64,000 nt of DNA. Source: a virus. This document shows positions 17,467 through 26,536 of the stretch, piece by piece. The notes under the pieces were generated by a model. The model did no database searches, was not told the origin of the DNA, and was given only the letters and a program-made list of their open reading frames with translations. Numbering within the stretch: the stretch's first letter is position 1; the number at the start of each line of letters is the position of its first letter. Made by a program: the position numbers and the translations under genes. The stretch lies in the IMG/VR virus record IMGVR_UViG_3300019487_000001, positions 1 to 64,000 of that record; one strand, written 5' to 3'.

Positions 17467-17529
17467 CTAGTAGTTCCAGGTCGGTTTCGGTTTGGGCTTC
17501 GGCTTGGTCTTCTTTTTCTTCTTGGCCAT
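17467..17529 (-). CDS. 20-aa highly basic peptide MAKKKKKTKPKPKPKPTWNY
   Basis: AGGAGG lies 5 nt upstream of the ATG. The peptide sits between the UDG gene and the tRNA-like element. Confidence 0.3.
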   Translation of the reverse strand: MAKKKKKTKPKPKPKPTWNY

Positions 17530-17564
17530 TGGATCCTCCTAGTTCTATATATATTTAATATATA

Positions 17565-18128
17565 TTAAGAATGCTTAAGGAATTCAAGTACTTGCTTAAG
17601 ATCTTTCCACACAAGCTTCTTGGCATCGGGATTCCTTAAAAGGTAAGCCGGGTGATACGTGTATGTAACAGGCCACGTAGCATAATAACTGAGGCTGCCA
17701 CGTTGCTTAGAGATTTTGAAGTCGTTAGGTTCATTGAACCGGCGCCCCGCCGTGGCGCCAAGGGCGATAATAATCTTCGGGTTGACCAGCTGAATCTGTT
17801 CATCCAAATAGCGACGACAAGCTGCAATCTCTATAGGATCTGGCACCCTATTCTCAGGGGGTCGACATTTAACTACGTTGGTGATATAAACCTGATCACG
17901 TTGATAACCCATGGCTTCGATCATCTTGGTTAATAGATCACCGGCCCGACCTACGAATGGCAGACCTTGTTGATCTTCATTGTAACCGGGACCCTCACCA
18001 ACAAACATGATGTCAGGATTTATAGGACCAGTTCCAAAGACAGTATTCCTGCGCGTCTCGCATAGTATACAGTTGCGACACTTGCTTACAGTGCGGGCTA
18101 GCTCGATTAGCGATTGTTCCGCGTTCAT
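17565..18128 (-). CDS. udg: uracil-DNA glycosylase, family 4
   Basis: CRNCILC Fe-S cysteines, GEGPG, FVGRAG, VKCRPPENR, HPAYLLRNP. Confidence 0.9.
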   Translation of the reverse strand: MNAEQSLIELARTVSKCRNCILCETRRNTVFGTGPINPDIMFVGEGPGYNEDQQGLPFVGRAGDLLTKMIEAMGYQRDQVYITNVVKCRPPENRVPDPIEIAACRRYLDEQIQLVNPKIIIALGATAGRRFNEPNDFKISKQRGSLSYYATWPVTYTYHPAYLLRNPDAKKLVWKDLKQVLEFLKHS

Positions 18129-18604
18129 TACGGTACTAACTTATCGAAGCGACTGACCGCTTCTTCTTCCTTAGGACTAGTTGCTTTTGTAACCATATCA
18201 TGAACCATATTTGCATCGAGTCTATGCCCACAGCGGGCACAGTTAAAGAGAGAGAAAATTCTGGTAAAAACTGACACTTGTTTTAAGAATTCATTCAGAG
18301 TATCTAGATGTTTACGGGCATCAGATTCATTCAGATTGTTTTGCTTAATACCTTCTGTAGTACATCGAATCATTTCGTGCACCTGTGAAATTCGTGGATT
18401 GGTATTAAGTTTCTCTTGTAAAGTATCCAGTACAATCATTAGGTTAACATAATGACTTATGCGACCTGCAGTACTAGCATTAACCTCTTTTTGGGCACGA
18501 GCCATGTGTGATCCAATGAACCTGCGAGCTTCGGCAAGCTGGTAAAGACTATTCTTTATATAACTCTCCCAATCAAAGAGAGGCATATTAGGATCTACAG
18601 CCAT
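18128..18604 (-). CDS. hypothetical protein with C-terminal RFxxL motif
   Basis: 158-aa ORF ending ..AVSRFDKLVP. Confidence 0.55.
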   Translation of the reverse strand: MAVDPNMPLFDWESYIKNSLYQLAEARRFIGSHMARAQKEVNASTAGRISHYVNLMIVLDTLQEKLNTNPRISQVHEMIRCTTEGIKQNNLNESDARKHLDTLNEFLKQVSVFTRIFSLFNCARCGHRLDANMVHDMVTKATSPKEEEAVSRFDKLVP

Positions 18605-18610
18605 AATTAA

Positions 18611-19108
18611 TTACCTCGCCTTAGGACCCCAAATATCTACTGGTGGATTAGAATCAAAAAGTTGCTCACCAACTCCCACAATCTGGATCTCGTCAGAAAC
18701 ACCTGGCTCAAACTCGATTTCAACTATGCCAGGCGTTAACTCCTCGATCTGCTGCAAGCTCACCGCCTTGCGAGGTGCCACAGGCGCATTAGGAGGAAGC
18801 TGAGGTCGCATGAACAGACGTAGACGGTGGATCTCTTCTAGATGTTGTCGCATCTTGAAGAGCTCTTGAGATAAGACCTTACACATCTGCAAGATCAGCT
18901 CTCTGCCTCGGATATCCCCAGCCGGGACGTGATTCTTCTTGCCTTTGAGAAGGCCGAACATCTTCCGGGGAGGTTCTTGCTGAGTATGAGCGTCCAGGAT
19001 GGTAGTGACTCGTTCCATTGAATACTCGAGGAACTTCAAGTCGCTCAAGTTATTGTCGTCAATGAACGAGAGGTTAAGTTTTACTTCGGACAGGGGGTTT
19101 GTAAACAT
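18611..19108 (-). CDS. hypothetical protein
   Basis: 165-aa ORF. Confidence 0.55.
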   Translation of the reverse strand: MFTNPLSEVKLNLSFIDDNNLSDLKFLEYSMERVTTILDAHTQQEPPRKMFGLLKGKKNHVPAGDIRGRELILQMCKVLSQELFKMRQHLEEIHRLRLFMRPQLPPNAPVAPRKAVSLQQIEELTPGIVEIEFEPGVSDEIQIVGVGEQLFDSNPPVDIWGPKAR

Positions 19109-19114
19109 GTCTTC

Positions 19115-19483
19115 TTACTCCGTGAGGGTTAACGTAAAATAATCCCAATTAAGATCTGATTCTTTATATTTAACTACGTGCTTTTTGTAGAACTTTGGAA
19201 TGAACGGTATGGGAACGGGGATCTCAATCCAACCAGAGAGTTCTACTCCCGGCTGCATGAACTTGCTATCAATGCTGTTACGTTTGAGACGCACTATGTA
19301 TTGATTGCCATCGTTAACGGCGCGATACATAGCTATTGTATCTTCAAGCTTGCCCTCTTCCCCGCGAATATCCAGTCTACCTACTAATCTGAATCCTAGC
19401 GGTGCAGAGTTATCAAGACTCCAAGCTTGCCCGATGGCAAAGCCGAGAACAAAGATGCAGACAATAGATAAAAATTTCTTCAT
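19115..19483 (-). CDS. secreted hypothetical protein
   Basis: N-terminal signal peptide MKKFLSIVCIFVLGFAIGQA. Confidence 0.55.
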   Translation of the reverse strand: MKKFLSIVCIFVLGFAIGQAWSLDNSAPLGFRLVGRLDIRGEEGKLEDTIAMYRAVNDGNQYIVRLKRNSIDSKFMQPGVELSGWIEIPVPIPFIPKFYKKHVVKYKESDLNWDYFTLTLTE

Positions 19484-19686
19484 GATTTTATTCTGTTTTT
19501 AATTTCTGTGTCAACAATGTCTTTTTGTTTTCCCACTGAAGTCAACTCATTATACGTATCCCAGTCCATCTTTTTATCTAGTTCGTCCATCCGTCTACCT
19601 AGTGAGGCTCCTGAGTCACGGAGCTCGGAGTCATTCATGCTTTCCGCTGACGTCTTGGTTATCTCTTTCGTTATGTTCCCGCTCAT
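19480..19686 (-). CDS. hypothetical protein
   Basis: 68-aa ORF. The 5' end overlaps the upstream gene, so the start is uncertain. Confidence 0.4.
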   Translation of the reverse strand: MSGNITKEITKTSAESMNDSELRDSGASLGRRMDELDKKMDWDTYNELTSVGKQKDIVDTEIKNRIKS

Positions 19687-20533
19687 AAGTCTGCCACTCC
19701 TCTATGATTGTATGGTAATGTGATGTACCTAAAACTGCTGCACCGGCCTGTAACATCTCCTGGGCAATTGCAAAAGATGATATACCTCCTGCAGCTTTGA
19801 CAATTACTCGACCTTGACTTTCTTGAAAAGCTAAGTTAGCAATGAACTCAACGTCAACTGGCCTAGTCTTACCATTGACTCCCGTTGCAGTCTTGATTGT
19901 CAATATCTCCGGTATGCTAGCTAGACCAGTAACGAGCTCATGGAAATATGGATCACTATCTCTATCAAAGTGGGCAACCTCTATGATGGGAGTAACAACT
20001 CCGATCTTATTGGACCACTCAAGGCGAGACAGGATTTTAGAGAGTTCTATGACTGTACCGGTTCTAGTAAATTTATCTGCTGGATTCACAACGACATCGC
20101 AAATGTCTGCGCCCTGCTCGAGGGCGGTCTGAATTGCAATAGTCTTGGCATCAATAGAGTCCCAGCCATTTGGAAAGCTAACTACTGTTTTAATTAGAAA
20201 TCGAGCTTCATACGGCAGATTATCTCTCGGAAACTTTAAGCGTAGAGTTCTCATGTCTTCTCTGTACTTAAAGGCGCGTCTTACCATGTGAGGTGGTATA
20301 ACAACTGAGTTGAAGTCATGCAGATAAGCTGCATCACACAGGAACGTGACTTCTTCTAGGATCATATCGTGCTTCAAATTCGTAGCATCAATGCGCCTAT
20401 TGAACGGTGCGTTCATAAAGCCACGGACATGTCCCTCGGGCCATGTGGGATCAGATTTATACGGCTCTTGTGATTCGTTTTCACGAAGATGACCAAGTAG
20501 AAAGGCTTCGGGGCTTAATCGAGCATCATTCAT
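19631..20533 (-). CDS. DeoC/class-I aldolase family protein
   Basis: IKTATGVNG (compare KTSTGF) and VKAAGGISSFAIAQEMLQAGAAVLGTS (compare VKASGGIR..A..M..AGA.RIGTS). Confidence 0.6.
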   Translation of the reverse strand: MNDARLSPEAFLLGHLRENESQEPYKSDPTWPEGHVRGFMNAPFNRRIDATNLKHDMILEEVTFLCDAAYLHDFNSVVIPPHMVRRAFKYREDMRTLRLKFPRDNLPYEARFLIKTVVSFPNGWDSIDAKTIAIQTALEQGADICDVVVNPADKFTRTGTVIELSKILSRLEWSNKIGVVTPIIEVAHFDRDSDPYFHELVTGLASIPEILTIKTATGVNGKTRPVDVEFIANLAFQESQGRVIVKAAGGISSFAIAQEMLQAGAAVLGTSHYHTIIEEWQTYEREHNERDNQDVSGKHE

Positions 20534-20587
20534 ACTAACCTCGCAATAATCCTCTTACCCGCCCCTTGTCTAAACCACAAGGGCGAT

Positions 20588-21631
20588 CTAAGAATTAGCG
20601 CAAACATTAGGATTTTGAATCGCAAAACGATTCCAGACAGTTTGGTATTTATCGTCCTTTTTAGCATACTCGCCTATCTCCTCAAGAGTAACACTCGCCG
20701 TCCCGTGCTTCTTACAGACGAGACCTGCGGCAATATTGGATAACATAAAAGCTTCTTTATCCTGCATTCCTCGACATAAAAAGTATGCAAAGGCAGCGGT
20801 GACTGTGTCACCGGCACCCGTAACGTCAACTACTTCATTAAAGATAGCTGATAAACCCATCTCTGCACAAATGCGTGGTCTTACTTCCGGATCAGGTTCG
20901 CCTTGCATATTTTTGCGTTCAAATATACAAAACTTCATTCCAGCTTCGGACTCAGTACGAAGTATACCACGCTCAGGTCTGAAGCCAGACTCTTCTATGG
21001 CGAGGAACTCTTTGAGGTTGGGAGTTATATAATCGATGCCCGAGAAGATCCAAGGATCTTTAACACGACGTGTGTCAGCGATGGTTAAAATACCACGCTC
21101 TCTGGCCTCTTCAATCAAGGGTTGGATGTTATCACAATTGAGAGTTTTCTTGTTGTAATCAGAGAAGATAATCGCATCTAGCACAAGGGAGCCATCGGCA
21201 AACTGTTCGAGCATATTGGCAATATCGTAGGGTTGTTTGTCTTGCAATGACAAGTGCTCATTGTCTATGCGAATCATCTGTTGCTGGTAGGTAGAATCTA
21301 TATAGCGAAGCTTGATATTATTGCGTTTGGACGGAGGATCAACTATGAATTCTCTACGGACGATATCAGAATGACCAAGCACCTGTTTCATTTCGACGGT
21401 ACCATAACCAGCCAAGATAACCTGAGCACCTAATGCAACAAGATTTGTTGCAACATTAGCGGCGCCGCCAGCTACATCTCTAGTGGAATGGATCTCAAAG
21501 ACAGGGACCGGCGCCTCGGGAGAAATCTTGGTTACTTTCCCGTAAATATACCGATCGATCATAAGATCGCCGATGACAAGTACTACCGGTTTATTGTTTT
21601 CCATCCTAATTAAATCCCTAAAAATCTCCAC
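20588..21631 (-). CDS. hldA: PfkB-family sugar kinase resembling HldE/RfaE domain I (heptose-7-phosphate kinase)
   Basis: VLVIGDLMIDRYIYGKVTKISPEAPVPVF, AGGAANVATNLVALG, DVTGAGDTVTAAF. Confidence 0.8.
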   Translation of the reverse strand: MEIFRDLIRMENNKPVVLVIGDLMIDRYIYGKVTKISPEAPVPVFEIHSTRDVAGGAANVATNLVALGAQVILAGYGTVEMKQVLGHSDIVRREFIVDPPSKRNNIKLRYIDSTYQQQMIRIDNEHLSLQDKQPYDIANMLEQFADGSLVLDAIIFSDYNKKTLNCDNIQPLIEEARERGILTIADTRRVKDPWIFSGIDYITPNLKEFLAIEESGFRPERGILRTESEAGMKFCIFERKNMQGEPDPEVRPRICAEMGLSAIFNEVVDVTGAGDTVTAAFAYFLCRGMQDKEAFMLSNIAAGLVCKKHGTASVTLEEIGEYAKKDDKYQTVWNRFAIQNPNVCANS

Positions 21632-21812
21632 ATAATTCGGTCCACCAGTATGCGTATTTACCTCTGGTAATACAACCGCTCTTGTCTACACGGTGCTGAT
21701 CTAGGAAAAGTTTTTCAGCTTCTTGGTAAGAGGCCGCTTCGACTATCAATCTAAGCTGCATTGAGCCCGGATTATCGGGATATTCGTATATCTTGAATAT
21801 AAAAGAACTCAT
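21618..21812 (-). CDS. hypothetical protein
   Basis: 64-aa ORF. Confidence 0.45.
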   Translation of the reverse strand: MSSFIFKIYEYPDNPGSMQLRLIVEAASYQEAEKLFLDQHRVDKSGCITRGKYAYWWTELCGDF

Positions 21813-21830
21813 AAAGCCTTAGCTATACGG

Positions 21831-22037
21831 CTATTGGTTACGCTTGATTTGGTCTTTTAGGATTTTGATTGTATGAAGCTGAACTCGGATCTCCGTGACA
21901 GCCGAGAAGATGGCAAGTACAAACGCAGCGAGGAAGGAGCCTACTGCAGTATATGCTAGGGCGGGAATAGGAAATATGAAAAAGAGTTGTGCAGTTGCCC
22001 AGACAATCAGTGTAAGAACTACGACTAGAGATAACAT
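21831..22037 (-). CDS. small membrane protein (2 TM)
   Basis: Hydrophobic 68-aa ORF. Confidence 0.5.
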   Translation of the reverse strand: MLSLVVVLTLIVWATAQLFFIFPIPALAYTAVGSFLAAFVLAIFSAVTEIRVQLHTIKILKDQIKRNQ

Positions 22038-22039
22038 AT

Positions 22040-22450
22040 TTAGTTATCCTCCTTCTCTGGTTTTGGCTTAGAGGCGGCAACGCCCGCCTCGTATCCTTTA
22101 TTATATTCAGACTGTTCTTTGGTATCGGGCTCAGTGTGCTTCCCGCGTTTAAGAAGCCACCGTTTGGCCTTCAATTCCTTAATTTCATTCTTTAACTTCT
22201 TACGATCGGTGTCGAGGCCTTGTAACTCCTGCTCAGAATAACCAATATCAGAATAAAAGTAAAGAGCCGATTCCATTCGGCTATACATATCTTGGAGGGT
22301 CTCAATGTCAGCGGCAAGACCAGAGTAATTCTGGGTCTTTACCATGGTTCTCATATGATCGAGAACACTGCAGGCTGTTTGATCTGTAGAGTTGATTGGG
22401 ACCATCTTGACCCCAGAGGATTCTAGATATCGTCGGTATCGTCGGGACAT
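22040..22450 (-). CDS. hypothetical protein
   Basis: 136-aa ORF. Confidence 0.55.
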   Translation of the reverse strand: MSRRYRRYLESSGVKMVPINSTDQTACSVLDHMRTMVKTQNYSGLAADIETLQDMYSRMESALYFYSDIGYSEQELQGLDTDRKKLKNEIKELKAKRWLLKRGKHTEPDTKEQSEYNKGYEAGVAASKPKPEKEDN

Positions 22451-22680
22451 TCACTATCATCTCTCTTTTTCTTTGTTTTACGTACAGGATCTTCGCCATA
22501 CGTAACTTTTTTGTAATTTATGAACTCTATCATCTTCCGGAGATATTCATCCGGAGTGATAAAGCTAGATTTCATGATTTCGAGTTTTTGCAGACGCTCT
22601 ACCAGGTCGAACCGCTGCTTTTGAATGGCGTCTTCACATTCTTTGAAAAGAAAAAGCTTCTTAGCAGGAGCCTTCGTCAT
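22423..22680 (-). CDS. hypothetical protein
   Basis: 85-aa ORF. Confidence 0.5.
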   Translation of the reverse strand: MTKAPAKKLFLFKECEDAIQKQRFDLVERLQKLEIMKSSFITPDEYLRKMIEFINYKKVTYGEDPVRKTKKKRDDSECPDDTDDI

Positions 22681-22689
22681 TTCATAGGT

Positions 22690-23187
22690 TCATAGCCCTG
22701 AGCTACCGAATCCCTTCTCGCCACGCTCAGTTTCACTGAGTCGTGAGACTTCTTCAATTATAACACCAAAATCGTTTTTAAGCAATACGATTTGGCCTAT
22801 GCGGTCGCCTTTTTTGATAACGAAATTTTTTTCTGAATTTGCCGCAGGCCGGGGGTCTAAAGCAAAGCCGATCTCACCCCTATAATCCGTGTCTATGACG
22901 CCATGATGGCCGCAGCTGATCGCATTCTTCATAGCTAACCCGCTACGTCCAAACAGGATACCAAAGTAGCCTGGGGGGAATTCTATAGCGATACCGGTGC
23001 CTATAAAGATACGGTCTCCCAGATGCAGAGAATCTATCTTTACCGCATCACGTTGACCGCCCCTAACGCCGTTGGCGTAGTGAATCTCTATGCTATGGGC
23101 ATAGAGGTCAAATCCAGCAGATCCCTCGGTAGCCTTGGTTGGTAACTTGGAATCTTCGAAAAATCTAAAAACTTTCAGGTTCATCAT
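22690..23187 (-). CDS. dut: dUTP diphosphatase
   Basis: GSAGFDLYA, GDRIGQIVL, C-terminal ERGEKGFGSSG motif V. Confidence 0.9.
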   Translation of the reverse strand: MMNLKVFRFFEDSKLPTKATEGSAGFDLYAHSIEIHYANGVRGGQRDAVKIDSLHLGDRIFIGTGIAIEFPPGYFGILFGRSGLAMKNAISCGHHGVIDTDYRGEIGFALDPRPAANSEKNFVIKKGDRIGQIVLLKNDFGVIIEEVSRLSETERGEKGFGSSGL

Positions 23188-23627
23188 ATAATTAATGTCC
23201 CAAATCTGGTTAAGGTTTTAGGATCTTTAGCTAGGCCTCTTATAACAAAATCTTCTTGTGTGGCTACGTGCAACAAGGACAACGGACATTTCTCTGAATT
23301 TGCCAAGTTTCTAGGGAAAAAACGTATAAAACCAAAGCTAGGATCGCTGTAACTAAATTCTATCAAAATGCCGAGTTCGAAAGATGATGGGATCGTGTCA
23401 CCTCTTGCGCCAGGTGGATGGTATACTACGGCCTGACCAAGCTTAAACGGTCCTGATTCTTTTATGCTAGCGTTTTCCTTCTCAATAACTTCAAGACACA
23501 AATTGCGGAAAAGAAACCAATCTTCTCGATCTGTCTTTGACCGTATATCCATTACCTTGGCCCTTACAGATTTACGCCATAATTCTTCGGTGGTTTGTGT
23601 CATTGCCCAACTTTCGGACGCCACCAT
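23184..23627 (-). CDS. hypothetical protein with C-terminal RFxxL motif
   Basis: 147-aa ORF ending ..KTLTRFGTLII. Confidence 0.55.
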   Translation of the reverse strand: MVASESWAMTQTTEELWRKSVRAKVMDIRSKTDREDWFLFRNLCLEVIEKENASIKESGPFKLGQAVVYHPPGARGDTIPSSFELGILIEFSYSDPSFGFIRFFPRNLANSEKCPLSLLHVATQEDFVIRGLAKDPKTLTRFGTLII

Positions 23628-24037
23628 CTACCCAGCTGCAACATTTGACAGAAATTAGAATGCCCTGCAGTCCAATTGTGTTTTAAGAATCCGCATTCAC
23701 ATTCTTTTTCAATAACCGGCGTAGGAGGTGGCGGTGGAGGAGGTAGGTAAGTCAGGATACGAGCTAAGCTATGATAGATTTCTACTTGGCCCCCATCTAA
23801 GAGTAGTAAAACTTGTCCAGGTTTTACACACCTAGCATGGCTCAAGTAGAAGGTACCGCTTGGACCTGTCAAATGTAATGGCATTGCATTAGTAGCACCA
23901 CATGGGGCCTTGACTGGATTGTAATCCTTATGTCCAAGCGCCATCGTGTCCCAATCGTCTTCGGCTACAAAACAGGTCTTAATTTTCCCGGGAGAACTAC
24001 GCTGAGCAACGTAGTTTTCTACAGCTGTCCAGTTCAT
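23600..24037 (-). CDS. hypothetical protein with poly-Pro tract
   Basis: 145-aa ORF containing PPPPPPPTP. Confidence 0.5.
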   Translation of the reverse strand: MNWTAVENYVAQRSSPGKIKTCFVAEDDWDTMALGHKDYNPVKAPCGATNAMPLHLTGPSGTFYLSHARCVKPGQVLLLLDGGQVEIYHSLARILTYLPPPPPPPTPVIEKECECGFLKHNWTAGHSNFCQMLQLGRWWRPKVGQ

Positions 24038-24468
24038 CTGATTAGCTCCTCGCTGCGCTCGGAGCTGGTCTGGCTATCTCCCTTTTCGACTCTATAAGAG
24101 TCTTCCGGGAAATCTTGAGTGGAGAATTCTATAAACGTACACCCGTTGTCAGTGGTTCCCGTGAACCGATGAGGATTCATTGGTGGTAACACTAGGACCT
24201 GACCGATGGTCATATGAATGATTTGTTTTTCTGCATTGGTAGGATTAATGAGCTCGACATCCATCTCGCCATCAATCACGGTAAATGTTTCGTGCTTCAG
24301 GCGGTGCATGTGCATTGAACAGGATTTGCCTTTTTCGACATGGAGAATCTTACCGCAGTAAAGATCTGAATTGCAGAGCCACCTTTCCCACCCCCATCCT
24401 TTGCGTTCCATATGAACAGCATCGGAAACAATATGGGTAGGTCTAGCTGAGTCAACAAGTCTAGTCAT
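24034..24468 (-). CDS. cupin-fold protein, phosphomannose-isomerase-type
   Basis: KGWGWERW..YCGKILHVEKGKSCSMHMHRLKHETFTVIDGEMDV resembles the type II PMI cupin core (WG.E..K.L.V..G..LS.Q.H..R.E.W.V..G). Confidence 0.55.
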   Translation of the reverse strand: MTRLVDSARPTHIVSDAVHMERKGWGWERWLCNSDLYCGKILHVEKGKSCSMHMHRLKHETFTVIDGEMDVELINPTNAEKQIIHMTIGQVLVLPPMNPHRFTGTTDNGCTFIEFSTQDFPEDSYRVEKGDSQTSSERSEELIR

Positions 24469-24785
24469 GGCAACTTTCTCCTGTACTCCCTAAAGAACTT
24501 AACGAGCTTACCAGCGGTAGCCCTCGGGATGGGCAGACACCACATAACTTCGTGACGTTCGCCGTCCTCCTGTTTACACATGATGACGGATTTATCAGAC
24601 TTACAATAGTCTATCCAAAACTCAGTCTTGATGCCCTCGTCTCGCCAAAGGACCTGTTTCAAGGTCAGACGTTTAACTCTGGGTCTCGTCTTCTTCTTTG
24701 ACCGAAAAATCCGGCTAGTACTGCGATGCGTCAACCGCATCGTTCTCGAACGCCTAACTAATTTTTTCGGCATGGGAATTCCCAC
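24465..24785 (-). CDS. hypothetical basic protein
   Basis: 106-aa ORF. Confidence 0.5.
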   Translation of the reverse strand: MGIPMPKKLVRRSRTMRLTHRSTSRIFRSKKKTRPRVKRLTLKQVLWRDEGIKTEFWIDYCKSDKSVIMCKQEDGERHEVMWCLPIPRATAGKLVKFFREYRRKLP

Positions 24786-24866
24786 CGAGCTCTTTGATTC
24801 CTCTCCGAGCCTCTGCCTTGGTTAAGTTGCCTTTAGTAAACTCTAGACACGCAAGACACATACTAT

Positions 24867-25055
24867 CTACTCTTCTTTCTTAGCTTCATCTTTAGAAGCG
24901 TGTATCCACTGGCTGAGACCAGTGCCCACAGCGGAAAAGAAAAGAACGAAAGCAAAACTGATCTGCATCTGCGGGACGAGCAGATCAAGCAAGAAATAAG
25001 ACAACGCTGAAGACATCAGCGTGCTAATTGCCATATGTAAAAGTTTACCGCCCAT
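24867..25055 (-). CDS. small membrane protein
   Basis: Internal ATG (MGGKLLHM..) lies directly after the upstream stop at 25057. The longer track ORF 24867..25160 overlaps the neighbouring gene. Confidence 0.4.
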   Translation of the reverse strand: MGGKLLHMAISTLMSSALSYFLLDLLVPQMQISFAFVLFFSAVGTGLSQWIHASKDEAKKEE

Positions 25056-25056
25056 G

Positions 25057-25266
25057 TTAGTCTGTCGGTGTTCCATCTGGATTGGTACTGAAAATGAAAT
25101 TTTGTCTGTCAATGGTGCGAGCTTCCATGGCTTGGTAAATAGCTTCCATGGCATAGACATCGTGGCCCGGCCCCCAGGCGTCGTCGCCGTAAGTTACCAT
25201 CAAGTAATCATACAACTCCTGATCACCAATTGTGCCAGCTTGATGTTCTACACACTTACTACACAT
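25057..25266 (-). CDS. hypothetical protein
   Basis: 69-aa ORF. Confidence 0.45.
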   Translation of the reverse strand: MCSKCVEHQAGTIGDQELYDYLMVTYGDDAWGPGHDVYAMEAIYQAMEARTIDRQNFIFSTNPDGTPTD

Positions 25267-25272
25267 TAGACT

Positions 25273-26031
25273 TTATCCGTCTCTTTCATACTCAAATTCC
25301 TCTGCTTTTGCAATTCTTCGTTTCTCAGCAACATCCATCTGGATAGCCTTAGAGGCAATATCGTAGATATGCCTATCAGGACGGGATAATTCTTTAATAG
25401 AGGCTAAACATTCTCTAAGATATCTGTTTTCGGCATAAACGTCAACAGTTTCCACAGTGACCAGACGCCTGACTCTTATCAGCTTAGCAAGGATCTTAGC
25501 CGTATTCCAGGCATCATCATCGCCGCGATGGTGAGTGCCTTCCATAGGAACGTCTATAATGGCACTTAGCTTCTTTAGGCCCGGGGCCTTCTTTAAGCCT
25601 AACAAAACTGTTGCCATGAGCTTAATGTCAATGTGACGGCCACCGAAGGGGGATTTAATCCCAAAGTCCAGGCAGTTTTTATCGAATTGATGTAAGTCGT
25701 AGGTGCCAAAGCTACTCCACGAGCGTTTCTTGGTTTTTAATTGATCTCTGAGTATTTGGCAGGCATCTTGGAATAAGATCCCTTCTCGGTCGAGTCTCTC
25801 TTGGGTGAGAGTGGTGAGCTCAGTGCAGTACTGGCTTACAGTTGATATTTGGGGTCTACATAGGAGACTAATTTTATCTGCGACTTCGAGGGTTTGTAAA
25901 TCCACAGTACAACCGCCGATTTCGATGATTTCCATCTTCTCACCGCTGGGGAACTCGTTATTCGGATAACACGTCGCTTCAACGTCGATAACAACGATCT
26001 TGTCAAATGTTCTACCGCTTTCCTTGCCCAT
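25273..26031 (-). CDS. DEDDh 3'-5' exonuclease (KapD/ERI-1-like)
   Basis: VVIDVEAT (Exo I), FGTYDLHQF (Exo II), THHRGDDDAWN (Exo III with His). Confidence 0.8.
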   Translation of the reverse strand: MGKESGRTFDKIVVIDVEATCYPNNEFPSGEKMEIIEIGGCTVDLQTLEVADKISLLCRPQISTVSQYCTELTTLTQERLDREGILFQDACQILRDQLKTKKRSWSSFGTYDLHQFDKNCLDFGIKSPFGGRHIDIKLMATVLLGLKKAPGLKKLSAIIDVPMEGTHHRGDDDAWNTAKILAKLIRVRRLVTVETVDVYAENRYLRECLASIKELSRPDRHIYDIASKAIQMDVAEKRRIAKAEEFEYERDG

Positions 26032-26536
26032 CGGTAAATCCTTCTTCTATCAGCTGGGATGTAGATATGTCTGGAGTCCTAGGGAATAGTAAAATCCCAC
26101 CGACCTTATCAAGACCACCTATCAGTTCTATAAACTTATCTGGATCGTTAGAAAAGTCCTCGTTGCCTTTGACCATAAGGTCTGGTTTCAAACGATCAAT
26201 CAACCACTTGAGATGCTCTAGATCACGTAAATAGTAGACTGCTTCTACCAAGTTCGTGGCCTTTACATTAACACAACGCTTCGTCCAGGAGTCAACCGGT
26301 CTATCGGGACCTTTAGCCGACCGGATAAGAGCATCCGAGTCTATGGCAACATGCACACGCCCATACTTGGCAGCTCGCTCAAGTAAAATCCTATGTCCGT
26401 GATGGAAGACATCAAAACAACCAGTTAAGAAAACTAATGCCCTATCTTGACGGCGTTGGATTGCTGGTTGCATTTTGCGCAGGTGTCTCTGTTCTCTCCA
26501 GCCCAGTAGCTTCTTTTCGTATAGCTTCTGATTCAT
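26012..26536 (-). CDS. hldC: cytidylyltransferase-fold enzyme resembling HldE/RfaE domain II (heptose-1-phosphate adenylyltransferase)
   Basis: VFLTGCFDVFHHGHRILL, AIDSDALIRSAKGPDRPV, KPDLMVKG, ..ISTSQLI. The 5' end overlaps the protease gene, so the real start may be the internal MQPAIQ. Confidence 0.8.
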   Translation of the reverse strand: MNQKLYEKKLLGWREQRHLRKMQPAIQRRQDRALVFLTGCFDVFHHGHRILLERAAKYGRVHVAIDSDALIRSAKGPDRPVDSWTKRCVNVKATNLVEAVYYLRDLEHLKWLIDRLKPDLMVKGNEDFSNDPDKFIELIGGLDKVGGILLFPRTPDISTSQLIEEGFTDGQGKR

